Shown here: piece after piece, positions 31,311-46,104 of the stretch
How the letters are laid out: every line of letters begins with the position of its first letter
How positions within the stretch are numbered: the stretch's first letter is position 1
Assembly (NCBI RefSeq): GCF_009914755.1
Contig: NC_060935.1
DNA: 64,000 nucleotides
Reading direction: 5' to 3' (one strand)
Origin: the human T2T-CHM13v2.0 reference genome, Homo sapiens
The notes under the pieces: generated by a model
Seen by the model: only the letters and a program-made list of their open reading frames with translations
Told to the model about the DNA's origin: nothing
Databases searched by the model: none
Program-made: the position numbers and the translations under genes

Positions 31311-31592
31311 TAGGGATTACAAACAGAAATATTCCTGCCTGTCCTAACCTCAAATCTATTGGCCAGTCTACAACTGAAGTTTTCTAAACATCGCAATCTG
31401 CACATAGGGGACTTGCACATAAAGCAGGGAGAAAGAGAATTCTAAAGAGTAGTGATCCACTTTGTTCTTTGCATTCTATGTGAGAATTTAAGAAAATATG
31501 ATTTATTTCAGGACTGAAAGAATTAAAGGAGAAAACATGGAATATTTTTCTGGCATGGGGTAAAATAAACTACTTCTCCACTGTGGCCACAG

Positions 31593-31667
31593 TTTTCTTT
31601 TCTTTTTCTTTTTTTCTCTTTCTTTCTTTTTCTTTCTTTTCCTTCCTTCCTTTCTTTTCTTTTCTTT

Positions 31668-31703
<36 letters not shown>

Positions 31704-31768
31704 TCATTTCTCTCTCTCTGTTTCTTTCTTTCTCTCCTCCCTCTCTCTCACTCTGTGTGTGTGTGTGT
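31593..31768. repeat. (TTTC)n/(TC)n/(TG)n compound microsatellite
   Basis: Directly visible. Confidence 0.95.
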
Positions 31769-33127
31769 TCTTTTTATTTCGATGTTAATACCTATATCAT
31801 TTTTATGAGCTCAACTGTACAACAGGAGGTCAAAAAATTTTTCTGAGTGAGGAGAAAGAAAAAATAAAGTCAGCTAGTGATATGGAAGACTGGAGAGAAA
31901 AATGTTGCTTAGGGGTGAAGAAAAATAAATGCTCTAAACACATACTCTGCTGGGTGTGAAGAATTTGATGGGTAGCTGACTGCTTTATTTAAGACGAGGG
32001 TCTCAAATGAAAGCTTCATTCACATTGCCTAGGCTAGAGAAGAGTACCAGGTTAGGTTCTGACTCATAGAAGATGGAGGATTCCTGTACTTGGGTAAAAG
32101 TAGAAAAAGAGACAAATCCTTCTCATTACATGGAGAAGAGGGCTTTGTGCTTTCTTTTGTTCCTCAGATACAGATTCGAAATCAAGTCTTCTTTGGAATT
32201 CTAAGTTGTGCCATCTAAGAACTTTCAGTCTTCACGGTATGAAAGTGAGATAAGAATCAGTCAAGGGATTTTTAAAATAAAGCTTTTTATTAAATATAAT
32301 GGAGATAATAAAAAGAAACAGCTAGCTAGCTGGAGCCTTGTGATACGAGTTTGAGACCACATTTGGAAATATTTTTACTCTAGGATGAGGCTAAGTCTTA
32401 TCTTAATCTTTCAAAAGGTCAGAGACTAAGGGTCCAGAAGGAGGGTTGAGGGAATTACTGAGATGTTGCTACAGAGAGATGTTGCTGAAGTCTATGAGGC
32501 CCAGACTCTAAGGGACAAGGTAAGTAAATAATTTTCTCAGGGGCAGTTAATGGAACTAGACAGGGTTAAAATAAAGACCTAGGTAACAGAAGGGGCAGAT
32601 AATCTCATAATGCTCAGCTGCTGTACCAAGTGCCATCAACACAGTATGATACAGCAAGGGCAACACTGGTTCAGCACAGGCAAGGAGGCTATTACAATAA
32701 CAATTGCTGAGGGAAAGTAAAGCCAGATGTTAATATCATATTTTGAAACACTCAGAAGAGCTTGGTTGTTTCTAAGAGGCACTGATAGTGAATATTTAAG
32801 GCCTAAATTCTGGATTGTCATGAGTTCACAGAAGTAGGTGCAAGTGGGTCAGAAAATTAAGAACCACTTAATATTTTGATTGATGATCTTTTAAAAATGA
32901 TATTAAAAGCATCGTTTGGAAACAGAAATCAATCAATCAAAAAAATCAATAGAAATAAAGTGGAAAAGTACCTCTTTTACTGAAAACATGTAATAGATAA
33001 CTGTTAAATGCATTGTTCTCATTTTGTGGAAGAGCAGAAAGGGAAATGTCTTTAATGGACTTTCGTAGTTATATTGTGATGTTATGGCCTAAAGATTTAT
33101 TTTCAAACTATTTAAACTCTTATTTCA

Positions 33128-33130
<3 letters not shown>

Positions 33131-33160
<30 letters not shown>
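33131..33160. repeat. (AC)15 microsatellite
   Basis: Directly visible. Confidence 0.95.
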
Positions 33161-33163
<3 letters not shown>

Positions 33164-33906
33164 TATACACTCACACACTATATATATAGTTTTTTTACCG
33201 TGAATTTTTTTTTAGGTCAGGAATAGTTGCTATACTAAACAGCTCAAAACTGTGTTGGTTAAATAGCAGCTCAATAAAGCATGCTGGGATTATGGATTCT
33301 GGTATTATGGATTCTGTTTCTTATGTTCATGCTCTCTTTTCATATAGGGGTATTTATCTTGTATTATTAAAATATTAAATATTTAAAATGTTTAAATATT
33401 ATAAATCTTTAAATAAAAATGCAGCTGAATAGAAATTATGTTGAGTCCATGGGATCAATTCGATTGTCATGAATGAAAAGATAGCCTAGAAGCAATAACT
33501 GATTAACTCAAGAACATTGGCCAGAAACTCATACAAATCCATCGACATTCACTCTGACTTTTCTCTATTTTCATCTTTATAATAATTAGTAAAAGTTCTT
33601 TTTTCTCTATTCTCACGTTGCTTAAATTCTTTAGTGTCTTTGATGCAAATCCAACGTATTTCTTGCCAGAGATGACCATATTTGTGTAGTCCACATTTTT
33701 GTTCCAGAATTTGTGCTCCTTAATATTGGGAAATGTTTTTTACATAGGGCCGACAAGAGATACCAGCTTCCTTCCTCTGTGAGGTTAGACGAAAGATGTA
33801 TTTTTGTCCTCATTCCATTATTTGTACTCAAAAGAGATAACTTTGAGGGATCAGGAAGGAAAACACGAACCATTCCTCACTACTTGCTGAATTACTCAAA
33901 GTCACT

Positions 33907-34854
33907 ATGGGAGACTGGAATAACAGTGATGCTGTGGAGCCCATATTTATCCTGAGGGGTTTTCCTGGACTGGAGTATGTTCATTCTTGGCTCTCCATCC
34001 TCTTCTGTCTTGCATATTTGGTAGCATTTATGGGTAATGTTACCATCCTGTCTGTCATTTGGATAGAATCCTCTCTCCATCAGCCCATGTATTACTTTAT
34101 TTCCATCTTGGCAGTGAATGACCTGGGGATGTCCCTGTCTACACTTCCCACCATGCTTGCTGTGTTATGGTTGGATGCTCCAGAGATCCAGGCAAGTGCT
34201 TGCTATGCTCAGCTGTTCTTCATCCACACATTCACATTCCTGGAGTCCTCAGTGTTGCTGGCCATGGCCTTTGACCGTTTTGTTGCTATCTGCCATCCAC
34301 TGCACTACCCCACCATCCTCACCAACAGTGTAATTGGCAAAATTGGTTTGGCCTGTTTGCTACGAAGCTTGGGAGTTGTACTTCCCACACCTTTGCTACT
34401 GAGACACTATCACTACTGCCATGGCAATGCCCTCTCTCACGCCTTCTGTTTGCACCAGGATGTTCTAAGATTATCCTGTACAGATGCCAGGACCAACAGT
34501 ATTTATGGGCTTTGTGTAGTCATTGCCACACTAGGTGTGGATTCAATCTTCATACTTCTTTCTTATGTTCTGATTCTTAATACTGTGCTGGATATTGCAT
34601 CTCGTGAAGAGCAGCTAAAGGCACTCAACACATGTGTATCCCATATCTGTGTGGTGCTTATCTTCTTTGTGCCAGTTATTGGGGTGTCAATGGTCCATCG
34701 CTTTGGGAAGCATCTGTCTCCCATAGTCCACATCCTCATGGCAGACATCTACCTTCTTCTTCCCCCAGTCCTTAACCCTATTGTCTATAGTGTCAGAACA
34801 AAGCAGATTCGTCTAGGAATTCTCCACAAGTTTGTCCTAAGGAGGAGGTTTTAA
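33907..34854 (+). CDS. OR51L1: Olfactory receptor 51L1, intact 315-aa single-exon 7TM GPCR
   Basis: N-glycosylation sequon NNS; LHQPMYYF, MAFDRFVAICHPLHY, FCLHQD, KALNTCVSHI, PPVLNPIVYS. N-terminus MGDWNNSDAVEP recognised. Confidence 0.96.
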   Translation: MGDWNNSDAVEPIFILRGFPGLEYVHSWLSILFCLAYLVAFMGNVTILSVIWIESSLHQPMYYFISILAVNDLGMSLSTLPTMLAVLWLDAPEIQASACYAQLFFIHTFTFLESSVLLAMAFDRFVAICHPLHYPTILTNSVIGKIGLACLLRSLGVVLPTPLLLRHYHYCHGNALSHAFCLHQDVLRLSCTDARTNSIYGLCVVIATLGVDSIFILLSYVLILNTVLDIASREEQLKALNTCVSHICVVLIFFVPVIGVSMVHRFGKHLSPIVHILMADIYLLLPPVLNPIVYSVRTKQIRLGILHKFVLRRRF

Positions 34855-35497
34855 GTAACCTCTGTCCTCCAACTTTTCCACTGAAAATCTCATGGAAGCT
34901 GTTTTAGTATATGAAAAGTAAAATATCTGGGTGTTGCTCATCTGGTTAAAATCCTAATTCTTTCACTTCTTATACATGTAATTTCAGTTAATCTTTAACC
35001 AATATGAAACTCAGGATTTTTTTGGACAAATTGTGACAACTATGGCCTTACGTTGTCCCCAGGTCATTACAAGACTTATAATAGAAAATGTATGTGCTAA
35101 GTCAAGTTTTTTGAAAACTATACAAAATTATTAATGTTATTAAGTTGTCATTGTTGTTAATGATAACAGTATTTTCCTTCTTAAATGTAGCTGTGTTTAT
35201 ATTGTTTCTCATGTTAATTATCTAAAACTCAGAAATCAATCTCTATCTCTTTTACTAGTACTGCTGCACGTATTTTGTTGTTCATGCTACAATGTCATAA
35301 CTGTTTATGAAAAATTTGAGTCCTTAGGGCAAGTTTGGAACTTGAGTTCCTGACAGGATTTTGACCTGCTGCTGTGGCCATTTGCTATGTACAAGTTCTA
35401 ATCTCATCACTTAGTGATGTGTCCTTTCTCTCATTGCTATTCTAGATCTATCAGCTTCCTCAATTTGCCAGCAAATACTGAGTTAGATACATGGGAG

Positions 35498-36328
<831 letters not shown>

Positions 36329-37384
36329 GGAATTGTTGAAGAAAGCCTGACAGTACATGTCTAACCATCTGGGCAATTGTGTTGACTCTGTTCAATACTA
36401 TAGGACAGGATTTTGTGTCTTAATTTGTGAATGGGTTAAGAGTTGTGCACAATCTCAACCCTCATCTTTTAATAATACTTTTACCTCTTGTTCTACATGC
36501 CTGTGTGGATCTGTAGTATTGTGTTTTTAATCAATTTATTTTTGATAACCCATTACTTTTTTCTTTTTCACTAGAATGAACTACAGATATGTTTTTATGG
36601 GTGATATTTTATTATTTCATATAAATTCACTTTCTTTTCAGCTGTATAGCACACTTTTTGAATATGGGGCCATGTCTATTACCTTATCACAGCACTATAC
36701 AGCTGGTCTTCCCCAACAATCATGAGTACTCATTAAATAATTGAAATAACTATTATAGTTATTGCTGTTAGTACTGTGGATATATAAACAGCAAAATGCA
36801 TAACGTTAATGTTAAATAATGAATGTTTAATAGTGAAGATACATAGATAAAAGGTTAGTAAAATTAAGTGTAATCAATGGTATTATTGGAACAGGTACCT
36901 TTTATAATATTGATATATTAATAAGTGGTCAATTTCACTTGAGGATTTAAGAATCAGTAATCAGAGTAGTTGACACTTTCACTGTGCATTGTGAGTCAAA
37001 TTCATTCTTGACCAGTTGAACACAGTTGGAAATAAAGTGGCGTACCAAAGCTGGCACATAAGAGACAATTGTGCATATCTTGTTCTGCTTTTGTGCTCTG
37101 TAATGTCATATAGGTTAATGAAATTGGTTATGATGGAAGTATTTAAACCACAGAAATTGGTAAACATTATATATCAGGACTTGAAATTTTTTCTTAGAGA
37201 GGAGGTGGTTAAACACTTACCAACACATCACTGGGAAAGGTATTCTAGAAAGAGGAGGTAACATGAAGAAAGCAAAGAGGTTAGAAAGAGTATGTGTTAG
37301 CAACGTTCTTCAGTCTAACTTAAAACTTACCCAAAGCATTTTGCATTTCCTCCCACAAAAAAAGGGCTCTGACATGGGCTATGA

Positions 37385-37805
37385 TGGACAAAGATATGTA
37401 GTTTCAGCCCCATTTCAATGAAAGACTTGTAGCCCCAGCTGCTGGCAGTAAGTCCAGTAGAAAGCCTTCAATTTTTTTTTTTTTACCTTTTCAGGAATTG
37501 CCTCAGCTGGAGAAATGAGCCTTGCCTGGGGTCATCCACTGACACATTCAATGACTAATGTAGAAAGTTGGAAAGGTCTGGCCCCTTCAGCCCAGTGAAT
37601 TTCACTGGGCAATTTTATATCCAGGACTCCCCGTGATGTTGGACAAGGCTATCTTCAGGCCTGATTCACAGGTCAACTTTTCCCTCTGCCCAATCCTACC
37701 CACTTTCATTCCTTTTCATTTAAGATGATTATCCCAGGGATTCTCTTATTAAACAAACTGCACACTAAATTTTACCTCAAAGTCTGCTTCCCAGAGAACC
37801 CTGAA
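37385..37805 (+). mobile_element. ERVL LTR (LTR16-like)
   Basis: ccctctgcccaatcct..aaactgcacactaaat..ctcaaagtctgcttcccagagaaccc. Confidence 0.7.
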
Positions 37806-37880
37806 ATGAGAAGTTCTCAGAAAACCTGTGACGTAAAGGTGTTAGGGGTGGCTAATATCCAAGTCTCATGACATCAAATA

Positions 37881-38544
37881 TATTACTGGTGGAAGGTATT
37901 CAAGTTACCAGTGGCAAATCCATACGGGTCTGCAGCAACCTCAATTTTTGCCTCCTCAGAAGAAAGAAATTGACTGAGGGGCATAAGGCAGAGAAAGAGA
38001 TCAAGGCAAGTTTCGAGCAGGAGTGGAAGTTTATTTAAAAATGCTTTAGAAGAGGAAAAAAGGAAAGTACGCTTGGAAGAGACCCAAGGGTAAATTGAAG
38101 GACAAGTGCTGTGTTTAACCTTAATCCTAGGACCTTATAGTCTGGCGCCTTTCCCGTGATCCTTCCCTTAGAGTGGGCTACCCACATGCACAGTGCCCTC
38201 CTTACCCTTAGGAAGTGAGCATGCACAGTGTGTTTAGGAAGTTGTACACGTGCCCATCTGAGGCTTTCTTCCCTTTCTCGGTGGTGTGCCCTCAGAAGGT
38301 CATACTCCTTCATTTTGTCTCTTAATGCACATGTCTAGAAAGTTACTTCCTTTTGGCATCTGCATTCTATTAGCAGTTTAGTGCAACAGGTGTGGACCAT
38401 CAGGAAATGGCCTCTCCCTGGCGCAGGCTGCCAATTTATCACTTTTAGAGAGGCAATGTGATAATTGCCCAACCATTGCCTAACATTACTAGTGGGTAAG
38501 CTAGAGCCCTTTCCTGCCCCACTCATGCCTAACTACCTGTAACA
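37881..38544 (-). mobile_element. MER50-like solo LTR
   Basis: gggtctgcagcaacctcaatt.ttgcctcctcagaagaaagaa..tgactgaggggcataaggcaga; ends gcctaactacctgtaaca. Confidence 0.8.
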
Positions 38545-38875
38545 TAGAAAGATAAAATAAAATTCTCAAGGATTCCTTTTTTTCAGGCAGATGAAACAGG
38601 ATGAGAATTCAAGAGCAAATATCCATGGTTTTTAAATCTCTTAAGTTTCAAGCGGAAGATCAAACACAGTGTGTAAGCCTGGAGAACTAAAAATAACCTA
38701 TAATTCAAGTTGACATTGTGAGATGTATGTATACAACCATCTTCTACAATCTATGTACTTTCTTAATAGTATGTCTGATGACTAGAAATGTTCTTAATTT
38801 TAATTAAGTCCAACTTATAAATTTGCTTTTATGTTTAGTGCTTTTGTGTATTTTTAAGGAGATATTTGCCTATTC

Positions 38876-39683
38876 TGTCATTCAGGATCCAGTCAGAAGA
38901 CAAAAATCACACAGTAATTTGAATAGAGTTTATAAATACAAATACTTATTAATTTCATAAGGAAATCAACTTTAAAGAAGGTAAAGACAACGCTGAGTAA
39001 TACCCTAGAGCTAAGAGAGAATATTGAAAGAAAAAACAAACTTGGAAAATGGGGAAGGTACTCCCCAAGCCCGAGGTTGAAACTTCATTTGAGAATGCAT
39101 AGTCTTAGCATCCTGGATGCCAGAAAAGGTCATTACATTGCATGTGTTTAGAAAGACACTTCTGTGGGGTATAGGTGAACCAAGGCTGAGAGACTAAGAT
39201 TCCTTTTCAGGACTGAGTAGTAGGAAGCACCAGGTGAGCTGAGGCTTGTAGGCAGGGAACTATAGTTGGCATTGGCAAGCAAATGATAACCCCCCTTTGA
39301 AGTACAGGTGGGCAGCAAATCACAGTTTGGACTGACAAGCTGGAAACACCCCTCCAGGGTCCAAATAGGTTATTTGGGAAGCCAGTCCCTAGAGTAACTG
39401 CAAGACTCAGTAAGAGTCTAGCCATATGGGTATTGTTGAAATTTGATAGGATGAGTATTACTAAATATTTCTCATTACACGCCTCTGGTAGAAGAGAGAG
39501 AATAATCAAAGAGAAGTACACACGAACTTCTCTTACAAGTGTCCCTGCGGCACCCTCTGCTGGCCAAGTTTAACATCATGAATCTGTGAAGGAAAAAATG
39601 TCCATTGAGCCCAGTTCCATTGTTGCAGAGTAAGCAATGAAGTCTATATTTGAAACTGGGACAATAAATAAATAACTGACACA
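38876..39683 (-). mobile_element. Ancient LTR (LTR78-like, uncertain)
   Basis: tgtcattcaggatccagtcagaagacaaaaatcacacagtaattt start; gcccagttccattgttgcagag..aactgacaca end. Confidence 0.4.
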
Positions 39684-39846
39684 TTTGCTGATATTATCAA
39701 TGATGTCCTTCTGTGTAATTTTTGAAAGTTGTAAGGCTTTCCTTTTGATATTTCTAAATACAACACATGTAGAATTTATTTTTATGAATGATGAGGTAAG
39801 GTCAAGGCATATTTTTTGATATGAATACATAGTTCAGTCAGAACTA

Positions 39847-40505
39847 TGTAAAAGAAAATAAAAATTGAAGGACCCCCCAAACTTGTGCAGAAGCAAAGAC
39901 TAAGTCCTGAAGCTGAATCATTGCAACACTCTCTTCCACATGAATAACTGTTACTAACATTATATATCAGCCAGACTGGAAAGGTAAATGGCCTCAGGCA
40001 TCTGGGAAGGGCTACCCACAGATCATTCATAAGTAAATTCTTTGCTTGCCTCCCATAAACAAGGACACGCTAGTTGTAAATTTAGGTCCACAATCCAGGT
40101 CTAGCTCCTAAAACTCCACACCGATTATGTCACTTACAAGTTTATCTTCCCAGGTGCAGAAAAGTCAAGATTCATTTTCTTCACCTACCCAGAGACGACT
40201 ACATGATTGAGTCTTCCTTTACTCCCTTTCTCGCTTCAGACATTCACCTTATCTTACGTAAAATGTAGATTTACTGAACACTAACTGAAGTCTCAGGAAT
40301 GTAACTATTTCCCCTACTGCCCAACCTACATGCCTCCCCCTTCCCCCTTTTAAGGAAATGGATAAATACACAATGTCCTGAAAACCTTTGTGGAAATAGC
40401 CACAGATGTGTCGGTGGCTTTTGTTTTTCCCAGAAGTGCCCTAAACCTGGCTTAATAAACCTCAGTGATTGAGACTTATGCCTCAGTGACTCATTTTGGT
40501 TTTCA
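39847..40505 (+). mobile_element. MER4-group solo LTR (MER72-like)
   Basis: tgtaaaagaaaataaaaa..ggacccc start; taaaatgtagatttactga; aataaacctc poly(A) signal; ..ttca end. Confidence 0.7.
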
Positions 40506-40752
40506 ATCATCTATTGAATAAAGCATTATTCATCCCCTGTACCACAGTGCTTCCATTGTCATATGGTGAAAATGTATATATTTGGGTCTATTTCTCATAT
40601 TTCTCTTCTGTTCCATTGGACATAATTTTCTATCATTCTGCTAATCCATGACTGTTGTTAATTATGATTTTATGGTAGGTTTTGTTATAAGGTAGTGTGA
40701 GCCCAACAGTATGAGGGTTACTTGTTCAAATGCCCTTAACTATGTTGGTATT

Positions 40753-41858
40753 TGATATGGTTAGGTTTTTTGTTCCCACTCAAATCTCAACTTGAATTGT
40801 AATTCCCATTATCCCCATAATCATCACATGTCAAGGGAGAGACCAGGTGGAGGTAATTGAATCATGGGTGCTGTTTCCCCCATGCAGTTCTTGTGATAGT
40901 GAGTGAGTTCTCACAAGATGTGATAGTTTTATAAGAAGCTCCTTACCCTTTGCTTGGCACTTCTCCTTCCTGCTACCTTGTGAAGAAGGTGCCTTCCTTG
41001 CCCTTCCCCTTCTGACATGATTGTAAGTTTGCTGAGGCCTCCCCAGCCATGCCGAATTGTGAGCCAATTAAACCTCTTTCCTTTATAACTTAACCAGTCT
41101 CAGGCAGTTCTTTATAGCAGAATGAAAATGAACTAATACAGTAAATTTGTACCAGGAGTGGAGTGGGAGTCAAAAGTGATCATTTTGAAACTTTAAGGTT
41201 TAATGACTTCCTTGTTGGATTTGAGATTTGCATAGGGCCTGTAGCCCCTTTATTTTGGCCAATTTATCCCATTTGTAATGAGTATATTTACTTAATGCCT
41301 CTACCCCCATTTTATCTAGGAAGTAACTAACTTGCTTCTGATTTTACAGGCTCACGGGTGGAAGGATCCTGCCTTGCCTCAGATGAGACTTTGGACTTGA
41401 AATTTTGGGTTAATGCTGGAATGAACTAAGACTTTGTGGGACTGTTGGGAAGGCATGATTGGTTTTAAAATGTGAATAGGACATGAGATTTGGAAGGGAC
41501 CAAGGGCAGAATTATATTGTTAGGCTTTATGTCCCACCCAAATCTCATCTTGAATTGTAATCCCCATAATCCCCACATCTCTAGGGAGAGAACAGGTGAA
41601 GGTAATTGAATCATGAGTGCAGTTTGCCACAGGTAGTTCTCATGATAGTGAATGAGTTCTCGTAAGATCTGATGGTTATATAAGGGGCTCTTTCTCCTTT
41701 GCTCAGCACTTCTTCTTTTTGCCACCTTGTGAAGAAGGTACCTTGCTTCCCCTTAGCCTCCTGCCATGATTAAACTGTGAGTCAATTGAAACTCTTTCCT
41801 TTATAAATTACCCAGTCTAGGGTAGTTCTTTATAACAGTAAGAAAATGAACTAATGCA
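40753..41858 (+). mobile_element. THE1/MaLR element, LTR-int-LTR, internally deleted
   Basis: LTRs 40753-41140 and about 41512-41858; about 370-nt internal part; perfect 5-bp TSD GTATT (40748-40752, 41859-41863). Confidence 0.88.
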
Positions 41859-42404
41859 GTATTTGTGTTTCTATATTAAGTTTTATATAAGGTATTAAAT
41901 TTCTACAAAATTCTAAACTCAATTTGTAACCTGATTTAATGTGATTAGCCACTCTTACTATATGAAGTCTTCTAATCTGTGAACAGAGTACATCCCTTGA
42001 TTGAAAAAAAGTGTCTTAAATTTCTCTCAATAGTATTTGAAATTTTAAGTTTAGAAGTCTTGTACTTCTTTTACTAGGTTTTTAGGTCTCTGTATTTTCA
42101 ACACCATTATAAATATTATATTTTCAATTTCAATTTCTATGTGCTTTTGAATATAAGCATATGTTTTTTGGATATAAAAAAGATATCTACCTACCCTGAT
42201 CAATTAACTTATTGATTCTCATCACTTGTAGTGAGAGTATTTTGCATACAGTTCAGCAATATTGTCTGTAAGTAATGATGAGGCTTTATTTGTTTGGTCT
42301 TGCTCAACTAAAGCTCCTTCAGGAAAGAATTTCTGTTTCTATCCCCCCATAGCACTGAATCCTGTGACTATATTATGTCTCAATAAACGAACAGATTCAG
42401 CGAA

Positions 42405-43132
42405 TGTAACATTGCATCCAATGGGCTCTTCTTGCCTGCTGCCCAGATAGAGCTGATTTATTGAAGCAGGGGATTGCAAGGGAGAAAGAGTTTTACATAG
42501 AGAGCCAGCTAAATAGAAGTTCAAAGTTTTATTATTACTTAAATCAGCCTTCCTAAGAATTTGGAGGCTAGGGTTTTTCAAAGGTAGTTTGGAGGAAGAG
42601 GAGGGGTGGCTAAGCAATGGGTGCCTGCTGCTGATTGGTTGGGAGTGCAATCACAGGGGTATGAGAAATGGTCCTCATAAGCCTGAGTCATTTCTGGGTG
42701 GGGCCACAGGAGTGATTGGCACATGTAGGAGCCACTGGTCATCACACATGCAAAAAGCCTGAAAAGATATCTCAAAAGGCCAATTCTAGGTTGTATAATA
42801 GTGATGTTATCTGCAAGAGTAATTAAGGAAGTCGTAAGTCTTGCGACCTCCAGAATAATGGCTGGCAATTGTTTATGTCTACACTTTAGCAGAATTCCGG
42901 CTCCTCTATCCTCCTAGCCTAGTGATCTCTCATTAACTTTACAAAGGTGGTTGAGTTTTGGGGAAGGGCTATTATTATTTTAACTATAAATGTCTTCCAA
43001 AGTTAGCTTGACCCAAGCCCAGGAATGATTAAGGGAAGTCTGAAGAATAAAGGCAAGATGGGGGTTGGTTAAATCAGATCTCTTTCGCTGCCATAACGTT
43101 GCCACTGTATAATTTTTGCAAAGGTGGTTTCA
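42405..43132 (-). mobile_element. LTR8-family solo LTR
   Basis: cttgcctgctgcccagatagagctgattta..ataatttttgcaaaggtggtttca. Confidence 0.8.
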
Positions 43133-44382
43133 CAAAGATGGCACATTTCTATAACTAAGAGTGTGCCTTAAGAAATGTTCAGTATTAGTATATAAAATTT
43201 AAACAATTCCCAATTAGTAATTAGACTTGCACATCTTAAACCATGCCACTCTCCATTAACATGCCAACTTGCATGCATCCTCCACATGAACTCTGAATTG
43301 GGCTTAATGATGATGTTGTCTTTCTGTGACCACACAAGAGCTTCTCAGATCACACACACACACAAACACACACAAACATTAGCTTACTCTTTCTTATACT
43401 ATGAATTAATAACAAGATATTTTAAAAGTGTGGATGACATTAAAATCTAAAAAAGAAATATCTCAATGTATCCATTTTAATACACTTCAATCATTTTTAT
43501 TGATAAAGAAATCTTACTCTTAAATGTTACATATAATTGTTTGTTTTCTCATTCAGCTTAGTCAACAAGGTTTATAAATTTTTACTAAGAGATCCATTAA
43601 TATAATTATATAATAAAAATTGATAAAAAATAATGGGATTGAATGAGATTTGGGAGAATGGTGTTATCATGATACCCTAGGAATATAGAATCAGTGATAA
43701 ATCTTCAAGAAGAAAGAGTAAATTACCATTTAAACTAAGTCTTATTCAACTCGATGGAGGTGAAAATAAGGGGCAAAATATTATTAGACCGATAGTCAAT
43801 GGCTTTTCTTGTTCATATTTTCTTGTAGTTGTTTTACCTTTTCAAAGCCAAGAAAGCTAAATCTCAAAACCCAAGTTTATTTGAAAAAAATGCATATTTC
43901 AGAATGCCCGCATATTAAATTAATGTGTGAAATGTAACTTAGACACACATTTCCCAAGGGAAAAATGTTTGCTGTCTTAAAAGATATATGCATGGAAATC
44001 CAAGTCATGGTTAAAAGCTCTTTAATACTCATGAGTTTGGATCCAGAGAAAGTAATCTTATGATTGAATTATTTAATAGCTATAAAATTTGATGCACCCT
44101 TTAAAATACTTGTCAATGTCTTTGAGAGAAGTTTCAGTTCAGGATTCAAAATATGGGGTCACAAAATTGGCACACCCACAAAATACTAATAATAACTAAT
44201 TTTAAAACAACCCTGTATTAAAGGAAAAGGGAATCAATTTTTGATTATCTGTTATTGATTATTTAATACATTCTAAATGCTATACATTTATTAACACATC
44301 GAATATTTACAAAAATCCTGTTGCTTAAAATTATTATGAAACTCATTTCATAAACAAAGAAAAAGAAGTGAAAAGACGTTAA

Positions 44383-44774
<392 letters not shown>

Positions 44775-44894
44775 GATCTACAGTGTTCTTTACTGTAGTT
44801 GGTCCAGAGTTAATGTGCTTGGCCTTCATACTACCCACAGATTTAAATACAGAATTTTAATTTTTGGTGTAGTTTTGTTTTTCTCTCCTTAAAA

Positions 44895-45105
44895 CAGGGT
44901 TTTTCAACATTGGCACTATTGCCAGGGACTGGCTGAGTCTCTGTTGTGAGTCGCTGTCCTGCACATTGTAGAATGTTTAGAAGTATCCTGGGCAACTACA
45001 CATGACATGCCAGTAACACTTTCCCAATTACAACAACTGAAAATGGCCCCAGACATTGTCAAACACCCCTTTGAGGCAAAAAATCCTTCTTCTTGAAAAT
45101 CACTG
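44895..45105 (+). mobile_element. MER20 (hAT-Charlie)
   Basis: cagggtttttcaac..ggcactattg..tgtcctgcacattgtagaatgtttag..ccagacattgtcaaa..aatcactg; flanks ccttaaaa / ccttaagc. Confidence 0.85.
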
Positions 45106-46104
45106 CCTTAAGCCAAACATTTTCTAGGCATTCATTTCCAAATTGATCTCTGCAGAACACAAATTTCAGATGTTAATAAATGCTGTCTGTATAAAATATG
45201 TTTGAAAAGGCCGGGTTAAACTATATTACACAAGTTTCCATAATGCTTGATTTCTGTAAAATGTTAGATGTTAATGGGGCCTACTTATAGTCACACACAG
45301 TGGAATGACTATGTGAAGTTTCCTCTAAACATAATTGCTAAGGATTGATTGATTGATGTGTGTTTGGTGTTTCGGCCATTAATTCTATTATAATAGTGGT
45401 CTATTGTAAATATTAGAAAAATCTAATAAAAGTGTGTGAAAACATTAAAGACTTTTGAGAAGGAAAATACCATAACATAAAATGCTAGAAAAGTCAAATT
45501 TGATAGACTGATAAGAAAATGTGTTGTATGAGGCAGCTGTGGTATCCCTAAAAACCACTATAAAGTCATTTTCTCCTGAATCAAGATTTTATTGGAAATG
45601 ACTTGAATTGATCTGGCATTGAAGAAAATGGAAACAAAAATGATGAATCTTAGAGGCAGTTTATATTGTGGATAGAAACATATTGATTAATTACATCATG
45701 AGTTTTGAAAAAATTAGAAAAAAAGCATCAAGAAACATGAATGGCATAACGGAGATACATTTTTTAGTGGCAAAATGTGACGTGCAATTGAGAAAGAGGA
45801 CAAGCAAAGTGTTGGATTTCAATCTAAATTGAAGGAGATTTGCCAAACCTGTTCTCCATGATCATCTCTATTACCTGTGTAATTTTTGAATGAATAGATA
45901 AGATGCCCTTTACAATTATGCTTTGGAGGGATTTATGTCTTTGCTAGATAGTGACAATAAGGGACTGTAACTTTTTGTATCGTATCACATCTTCATTTTT
46001 TCTTTTATTGAATGCTCAGGGGCAGATTTGTGGGCCAGTGCAAGTAGCAGTTGTTGCAGGATGATGATGGTAGAATGTTTACCCTTCTGTCCAGTGGCTG
46101 GTAA

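Larger units (their letters stand above)
29680..32519 (+). promoter_or_regulatory. Candidate OR51L1 promoter and 5'UTR exons
   Basis: O/E-like TCTCTGGGGA 29681-29690; TATTTATA at about 29745; consensus donors CAG|gtaagt (30274) and AAG|gtaagt (32519); candidate acceptors at 32417 and 33707. Confidence 0.5.

Noticed and set aside
31583-31846. Phe/Ser/Leu-rich membrane-like ORF
   Set aside because: Translation of the (TTTC)n microsatellite.
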